A stretch of 64,000 nt of DNA from Candidatus Bathyarchaeota archaeon (GTDB lineage: Archaea; Thermoproteota; Bathyarchaeia; Bathyarchaeales; Bathycorpusculaceae). A model generated the notes under the pieces. It saw nothing but the letters and a program-made list of their open reading frames with translations. It searched no databases and was not told where the DNA came from. The stretch lies in NCBI GenBank assembly GCA_963782525.1, contig CAWAKC010000004.1:96001-160000 (forward strand), written 5' to 3'. A program made the translations under genes and the position numbers. Positions 58,516 to 64,000 of the stretch are shown here, piece after piece; the stretch's first letter is position 1, and every line of letters starts with the position of its first letter.

Positions 58516-59298
58516 TTGGCTAAAACCAATATGCGCCCTTTTCGTTTTGGAAACATCGTCGCTTTTATTGTTACCTTGGCAATTAACGGTCTAGCAGGCA
58601 CAACAGTGCTCAATGGTCGATCAACCGCGCAAGTTTCAGATTTATATGCCAATCCCTTTACACCTGCAGGCTACGTCTTCGCCATCTGGGGAATAATTTA
58701 CACCCTGCTTGCCGTATTCGTCATTTACCAAGTGCTGCCGAAACAGAAAGATAAGCCTTTCCAAAAACAAATTGGCGCCCTTTTCATTCTAAGCGGCATA
58801 TTCAATGTCGTATGGCTTTTCCTATGGCAATACGACTACATTTCTGAATCATGTATTCTAATGTTTGCTTTGTTGGCGACTTTAGTGGCAATTTACATTC
58901 GGTTAGGTATAGGAAAATCAAGCGTTTCACTTACGGAAAAGTTGTGTGTACATTTGCCATTTAGTGTTTATTTAGGTTGGATTACGGTGGCTTCAATAGC
59001 TAATGTGGCGGCTGCTTTAGTGTCGGTTAGATCGGGTGGTTTTGGGTTGAGCGCCGAAACATGGGCGATTTTAGCGATGGTTATTGCTTTGGTTGTTACT
59101 TTGGTGGTTATTGCTGCTCGACGAGACATAGCTTATAGCCTTGTGGTAGTGTGGGCGCTTGCAGGCATAGCTGTTAAACAGAGTGCTTATCCAAACATTG
59201 TTGCGGTCGCAGAAATAGGAATTGTAGTTATCCTTGTAGTTTTGGCAGTTTCTTTAGTGGTTTGGCGATTTAGGCATAAAACAATTAAAAAGCCCTGA
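58516..59298 (+). CDS. TspO/MBR-related tryptophan-rich membrane protein
   Basis: FTPAGYVFAIWGIIY, FSVYLGWITVA. Confidence 0.75.
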   Translation: MAKTNMRPFRFGNIVAFIVTLAINGLAGTTVLNGRSTAQVSDLYANPFTPAGYVFAIWGIIYTLLAVFVIYQVLPKQKDKPFQKQIGALFILSGIFNVVWLFLWQYDYISESCILMFALLATLVAIYIRLGIGKSSVSLTEKLCVHLPFSVYLGWITVASIANVAAALVSVRSGGFGLSAETWAILAMVIALVVTLVVIAARRDIAYSLVVVWALAGIAVKQSAYPNIVAVAEIGIVVILVVLAVSLVVWRFRHKTIKKP

Positions 59299-59346
59299 CG
59301 GTATGAAGAGTTAAGTACAACGAACCAAAACATTTGGTGAAGACAA

Positions 59347-59697
59347 ATGGCCTATTTGCGCAACGAAAAAGAAACCGTCGAAGTGGACTATTCACTGGAA
59401 AAGATTTGGACAGCAATTCCTGAAGCCGTCAAAGCTTTGGAATGGACAATCGAAGAAAAAAACGATGAATCTCACAAGATGACAGTGAAAACAAAGGGTG
59501 GTTTCATGGCCTACGGTTCAAGCATGGATGTTGAAGTTAAATCAGTAGATGAAAACACCACTCGCATATTACTAAATGCTGAAACACCAGTTACAACTAT
59601 AACCTCGATTATCGATTTTGGCCGAACCCGAGATCGCATGGGGCAATTCATAGAAATATTGGCTAGGGTAATGGAAAAAAAGAGTTCTAAAACCTGA
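59347..59697 (+). CDS. Hypothetical protein
   Basis: SD GGTGA; alpha/beta ORF. Confidence 0.7.
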   Translation: MAYLRNEKETVEVDYSLEKIWTAIPEAVKALEWTIEEKNDESHKMTVKTKGGFMAYGSSMDVEVKSVDENTTRILLNAETPVTTITSIIDFGRTRDRMGQFIEILARVMEKKSSKT

Positions 59698-59741
59698 TTA
59701 AGCCAAAAATCTAATATTAGAAGCAACCGCTTGATTGCAGT

Positions 59742-60707
59742 ATGATTCGCGTAGTCAACTTGGGAGACAATTCTGAAAGAGAAGTTCAGCCTCAAGGGGT
59801 TAAAGACCTATCCATTTTGAATGTTTGGCTAGAAATAGTTGACCCAACCGAAAACGAATTACTCACAATCTCCGAAAAAACCCAGATACCAGTTAATTTT
59901 TTGAGGTTACCCCAAACAAGTGACGTTGTTAATTTACGTTTAGAACCAGATTACGGAATTATCAATTTTCTTTTTATGCAGGATGTACCGTCAACAAAAA
60001 AGGCTTACCCATTAGTGATGGCTTTTTCAAAGAATTTTCTTGTAACTGTTGCTAAAAAAGAAATCCAACCAATAATAAACACCGCTAAAGAACGGATGAG
60101 TAAAACAAAGATTGACCCACCCTCACAAGTAACATATTTTGTCATAGATGAAATAGTAGCCAACCATTACCTTCAAATCGAAAAACTAGAAAACCTCACT
60201 GCAAAGATGGAGGAGGAAGTAGTAGAGAAGACTTCTTCTGAAATCCTTAAGAAAATATTCAAGCTTAAATCGAATATGATTAGTTTTAACAAGATTTTGT
60301 GGTATGAGCGCGGTTTGGTTTTTAATTTGAAAAAATGCGATGGCTACTGCATGGATAAAAAAGCCCGAGTCTTATTCGACACAACCCATGAGGAGTTGAC
60401 TCGGCAAGTGGATATAGTGGAGACTTACCGGGAAATTCTCTCCGACGCAATAAATGTGCATTTATCTGCCATCTCAAACAAAATTAACTTATCCATCAAG
60501 GGCTTAACGGTCGTCATATTCTACTTAACCATAGTTACGACGGTTACTTCTTTCCCAAACACTGTGGCCACATTCTTCGGAATCTCACAGTTCGGAAACA
60601 CGAACATTGCCATTATCAGCGGTGCCATTTTGGTATCAATTATTCTGCCGTTTATTTGGTTGTGGAGAAAGAAATGGTTGACTTCAAAGCGGCTCGATTT
60701 TGCTTAG
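59742..60707 (+). CDS. CorA-family divalent cation transporter (GMN replaced by GIS)
   Basis: WLEIVDPT, long stalk helix, two C-terminal TMs with FFGIS. Confidence 0.8.
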   Translation: MIRVVNLGDNSEREVQPQGVKDLSILNVWLEIVDPTENELLTISEKTQIPVNFLRLPQTSDVVNLRLEPDYGIINFLFMQDVPSTKKAYPLVMAFSKNFLVTVAKKEIQPIINTAKERMSKTKIDPPSQVTYFVIDEIVANHYLQIEKLENLTAKMEEEVVEKTSSEILKKIFKLKSNMISFNKILWYERGLVFNLKKCDGYCMDKKARVLFDTTHEELTRQVDIVETYREILSDAINVHLSAISNKINLSIKGLTVVIFYLTIVTTVTSFPNTVATFFGISQFGNTNIAIISGAILVSIILPFIWLWRKKWLTSKRLDFA

Positions 60708-61168
60708 CGCTTTTGGATTGCAGCGTCGCGGTACATCAGCATGGCCATTACAAAATACAGTTCAAACGCAATCATGAATCCTGTTGCCATCTGAAAAGAG
60801 ATCAGGTCTTGACTGAAATTAACTGCTACAAAACGCAGCCCGCTGACAAAAGCGAATAGCACACCAATGAAACTTACGATTGAAAGAACCCTGTAAACGT
60901 TGCTTTTGTGGATGACAAGAGCCAAATTTACTATTCCAACAGCAATTATCGCTATGTCCACAAAAAAGTGGCTGGTTAAAGCCAAGTCGCCCCCAGACAC
61001 TATATAGTTAAGAGCGTTAGTGTACGCAGTGTTGTCCTGCGGAAAAGTAGTCATCGGAATCATAATCAACAGGTTTTGTGCCATGCCCAAGAAAAACTGA
61101 ACTGTAAACAAAACAAACAGCACTAACAACGATGTCGATAGGGCGCTACGCTCCATTTTAGCTACCAA
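60704..61168 (-). CDS. 4-TM membrane protein
   Basis: Hydrophobic ORF. Confidence 0.65.
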   Translation of the reverse strand: MVAKMERSALSTSLLVLFVLFTVQFFLGMAQNLLIMIPMTTFPQDNTAYTNALNYIVSGGDLALTSHFFVDIAIIAVGIVNLALVIHKSNVYRVLSIVSFIGVLFAFVSGLRFVAVNFSQDLISFQMATGFMIAFELYFVMAMLMYRDAAIQKR

Positions 61169-61246
61169 AACAAGTCCTCACTATATCATAAAGCAGAAAA
61201 ACTATTTGACTACTCCGGTCAAACTAATCAGTACAGCGGCGATTGA

Positions 61247-61684
61247 ATGAGCAAAAAACCACCAACAATCACTTACAAAGGCAGAAGCTTAGGCATTGTT
61301 ATTTTAACAGTAGCACAACTAATCATCGGCGCTATCCACGTTTTCTTCGGTTTTCTGCTGCTTGCGTTTGAAAATTTATCATTCATCCAATCCACGCTAA
61401 TTTATGATTTTTACACAATCATATTTAGCGTGTTGACGATAGTTTTCACCATATTCATCTGGAATGGAAAAAAGTTGGGGTGGATTGGCACGGTCGCAGT
61501 TGCACTATTTGTCATTATAGTAGATTCTTTGACGCTTCTGAATTTGCCCAGCATCCCCGGGATTCCGAAGTTTGCAGGGTTTGGTGAGATTACATACAGC
61601 GTTTTGGTTGTGGGTTACTTGCTTCAGGTTAGTTTTAGAAGAAAATATTTTATTTCAAGCCAAGATGAAAAATTAAAAAACTAA
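61247..61684 (+). CDS. 4-TM membrane protein
   Basis: Hydrophobic ORF. Confidence 0.65.
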   Translation: MSKKPPTITYKGRSLGIVILTVAQLIIGAIHVFFGFLLLAFENLSFIQSTLIYDFYTIIFSVLTIVFTIFIWNGKKLGWIGTVAVALFVIIVDSLTLLNLPSIPGIPKFAGFGEITYSVLVVGYLLQVSFRRKYFISSQDEKLKN

Positions 61685-61690
61685 ACCGCC

Positions 61691-62359
61691 TTATCTGAGG
61701 GTAGCATTGTTGGGGTAACCGTGGCTTTCCCAGTAGCCTAGGTAATTGGGGTTGTCGGTTAGTTCGATTTTGGTTATCCATTTTATCCATTTGTAGCCGT
61801 ATTCGTTGTCAGCGACCAGTTGGAAGGGGTAACCGCGTTCAGGCGGAATTTCGAGTCCGTTCATTTTGTAAGCGATAATTATATGATTATTCGCTATATA
61901 ATCGAGTGGAAGCTCCGTTGAGTAGCCATCGGAAGCGTAAAAGATTACAGCGACCGCACTGGAGTTGACGCCCGCTTCCTTAATTAAATCGGTTACAAGG
62001 AAGCCTTCCCATAGAATTGTAGCATTCCAGCCTTCCACACAGTAGAGCGTGTCCACTTTTTGATATTTCTGGAAACCATTAATTACTTGGCCATAAGTGT
62101 ACTCAATGGTTTTGTTTAATAATCCCGTTATTGTCAAGCGATAGTCTGAATTGTTGAGGTACTGTGTGCCTTTAATGGCGTTTTCCTTAACGTCCGCAAT
62201 CGATGCGAGGTTTTGTCCTTGGTAGTTGCGGATTTCTCCTGGATACAGCATCTTCGGCTGAGTGGAAACGTAGTAATATACTCCTATGAAAACAAGAACC
62301 AAGAGCATTATGGTTATGGAAACGGCGATTATTTTTCGGTAAAAACTTCTTCTCTCCAT
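61691..62359 (-). CDS. Molybdopterin-dependent oxidoreductase (sulfite oxidase/MsrP family), membrane anchored
   Basis: CVEGW, DGYS, GYPFQL, GYKWIKW, GYWE. Confidence 0.88.
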   Translation of the reverse strand: MERRSFYRKIIAVSITIMLLVLVFIGVYYYVSTQPKMLYPGEIRNYQGQNLASIADVKENAIKGTQYLNNSDYRLTITGLLNKTIEYTYGQVINGFQKYQKVDTLYCVEGWNATILWEGFLVTDLIKEAGVNSSAVAVIFYASDGYSTELPLDYIANNHIIIAYKMNGLEIPPERGYPFQLVADNEYGYKWIKWITKIELTDNPNYLGYWESHGYPNNATLR

Positions 62360-62483
62360 CCCTATCAACCTTAAAAAATGGAAATAGTGCAAAATTCACT
62401 AGAAACAAACACACATGGTACCTAAAAACCCAGTGCTCTGAAAACCAAATTAAACCTTCGTCTTTTCAAAGTTGAATTTTTAG

Positions 62484-62894
62484 TTAAGCAGCCTTTTCCC
62501 GAATAGTCGCCAAGTAAGAAGGCAAACTTTCGATGCAGTTAATTTCTCGACCAACCAACCCCCGCAATTCACGCCAAAAACTCAAGTTTGACTTAATTTT
62601 TGTGCGCTCCAAATCCTGCTGCAACCGCTGAATGCCTTCTTTGCCCCGTCTGTCAAAATCCAAAAGCAGAATAACTTCCTCAGCGCCCAAATGTTCTATT
62701 TCTTGGGAAGCTTCAAGGAAGGATTTGCCGCCTGTTTTCACGGTTAGGATTGCGCCGTTTACCCCCAATTCTTGGAGTGCCTGTACATCTTTCTTTCCTT
62801 CAACAACGATAGGGTTGCCTTTTGCAGATTCCTCAATTAACTTGGTTAAGACCTGATCGATTTTCTCAAGTTTATCCTTAAGATGCGTCGACAA
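62484..62894 (-). CDS. Toprim domain protein
   Basis: IVVEGKKD, LLDFDRRG. TTG 62894 directly follows the tyrS stop. Confidence 0.85.
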   Translation of the reverse strand: MSTHLKDKLEKIDQVLTKLIEESAKGNPIVVEGKKDVQALQELGVNGAILTVKTGGKSFLEASQEIEHLGAEEVILLLDFDRRGKEGIQRLQQDLERTKIKSNLSFWRELRGLVGREINCIESLPSYLATIREKAA

Positions 62895-62898
62895 GCTT

Positions 62899-63987
62899 TT
62901 ACCTGGTAATTTTAGCTTGGCGAATGGTTTCCAAGCAGTCTTTGGCTTCAAGGTTGTTTTTGAAGTAGAGTCTGACTGGTTCAAGGATGTCTGCAAGTTG
63001 GGTTGCCACGCCGTTTTTAAGGTCCATTGGGTGCAGTTTGCCCTCGGAATAGGCGCATTCAAGCTCTTGGAAACTTTGGAAGTCGATGTTGCCGCCGAAT
63101 TTGGCTGGGCGCTCAATGGTGAAGACCGATTTTTCGCGGAAAACAATGTACTTGCAAATATCCATGATAGGATTGAATTTTACAGTTCGTTCCGGGCAGA
63201 ATGCTTTGCTCATTTTCTGCTTGATTTCTTCGGGTGTATCGTAGATGAAGATGCAAGTGTCTGGTTTACTTTTAGACATTTTTGCGGAAGCAACTGCTTC
63301 TCTTTCTTGCCCCTCGGGAATGGGCCAGATTCCAGGTTTCGCCAACCCCTGCAGTAGATGGTGGTGGACGCAGACTGGTTTCCAGCAGCCGATTTTTTCG
63401 CCAATTTCTCTTCCAACCATGTTTGCTTTCCGCTGGTCCATGCCTAACTGGCAGATTTTGACTTTCATATGGAAAATGTCAGCGACTTGCATAGGTGTGT
63501 ATAGGTAGTCGCTGACGTAGTGGGCTTCACCTTCTTTTCTGCCCGCAATTTCAAGAGTTCGGGTTGTGCGTGCTAAAGTGAGGTTTTTGGCGATTATGAC
63601 AGTTTTTGCCCAGTAATCGATGTCCTTGTAGAGTTCATCAGAGTAGATAAATTCGATTTTGTCGCCTGGAACACCCAGCGCAAGCCAAGAGTGGCGGAAG
63701 AGGTCTGCGGCCTTGCGGATAAGCTCTCTGTCGCCGCCGAGTTTGTTGTTTAACCATGCATGCCACGTCGCCAAAAACGCCTTGAAATGTATGCCTGCTT
63801 CGGCGAAATCTTTCATCTTATAAGCGCAGATAACGCCCGTTCCCAAATGCGCCAAGCCAGAAGGTTCCCAACCGTTGTAAGCGATGGGATGCTCCTCAGC
63901 TTCGAGAAGCGCCCGCAAATCCTCTGTGGTCACGACTTCTTCGGTGGGCGGTCTACAGATAAGCTCAATTTTCTTCTCTATATCCAA
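62899..63987 (-). CDS. tyrS: Tyrosyl-tRNA synthetase
   Basis: GWEPSGLAHLG, YTPMQVAD, GMDQRK, KMSKS. Confidence 0.95.
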   Translation of the reverse strand: MDIEKKIELICRPPTEEVVTTEDLRALLEAEEHPIAYNGWEPSGLAHLGTGVICAYKMKDFAEAGIHFKAFLATWHAWLNNKLGGDRELIRKAADLFRHSWLALGVPGDKIEFIYSDELYKDIDYWAKTVIIAKNLTLARTTRTLEIAGRKEGEAHYVSDYLYTPMQVADIFHMKVKICQLGMDQRKANMVGREIGEKIGCWKPVCVHHHLLQGLAKPGIWPIPEGQEREAVASAKMSKSKPDTCIFIYDTPEEIKQKMSKAFCPERTVKFNPIMDICKYIVFREKSVFTIERPAKFGGNIDFQSFQELECAYSEGKLHPMDLKNGVATQLADILEPVRLYFKNNLEAKDCLETIRQAKITR

Positions 63988-64000
63988 GACATCTCAACTC

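Noticed and set aside
62895-63146. N-terminal extension of the Toprim ORF
   Set aside because: Overlaps tyrS in another frame; TTG 62894 is the plausible start.

Overview
Archaeal chromosomal window. The gene content (CdvA/B/C, HdrA-MvhD fusion, methanopterin genes, archaeal LeuRS/TyrS/EF-2, many TTG/GTG starts) suggests a TACK archaeon, probably Bathyarchaeia; this is inferred, not searched. Most of it is housekeeping or metabolic: leuS, Lhr helicase, moaABC, an ESCRT/cdv division operon, pyrDK, H4MPT biosynthesis, a LipS2-like radical SAM, a CBS-HPF protein, polyferredoxin-hdrA/mvhD, ABC transporters, EF-2, a P-type ATPase, corA and tyrS. The strongest novel signal is at 1-3145. An unannotated 13-aa gene (MKKPIRPIRGYWW, 2066-2107) has its own TATA box, Shine-Dalgarno and terminator. 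It lies between an isoprenyl-synthase-fold enzyme lacking the IPP-binding motifs (ComQ-like) and an MFS transporter followed by a radical SAM gene. This is a candidate archaeal prenylated/cross-linked peptide (RiPP or pheromone) system. Other items are a second, interrupted tRNA-Trp-like gene wrapped around the functional intron-containing tRNA-Trp, a probable ATC start for cdvB, and a 16-aa Lys-rich micro-gene.
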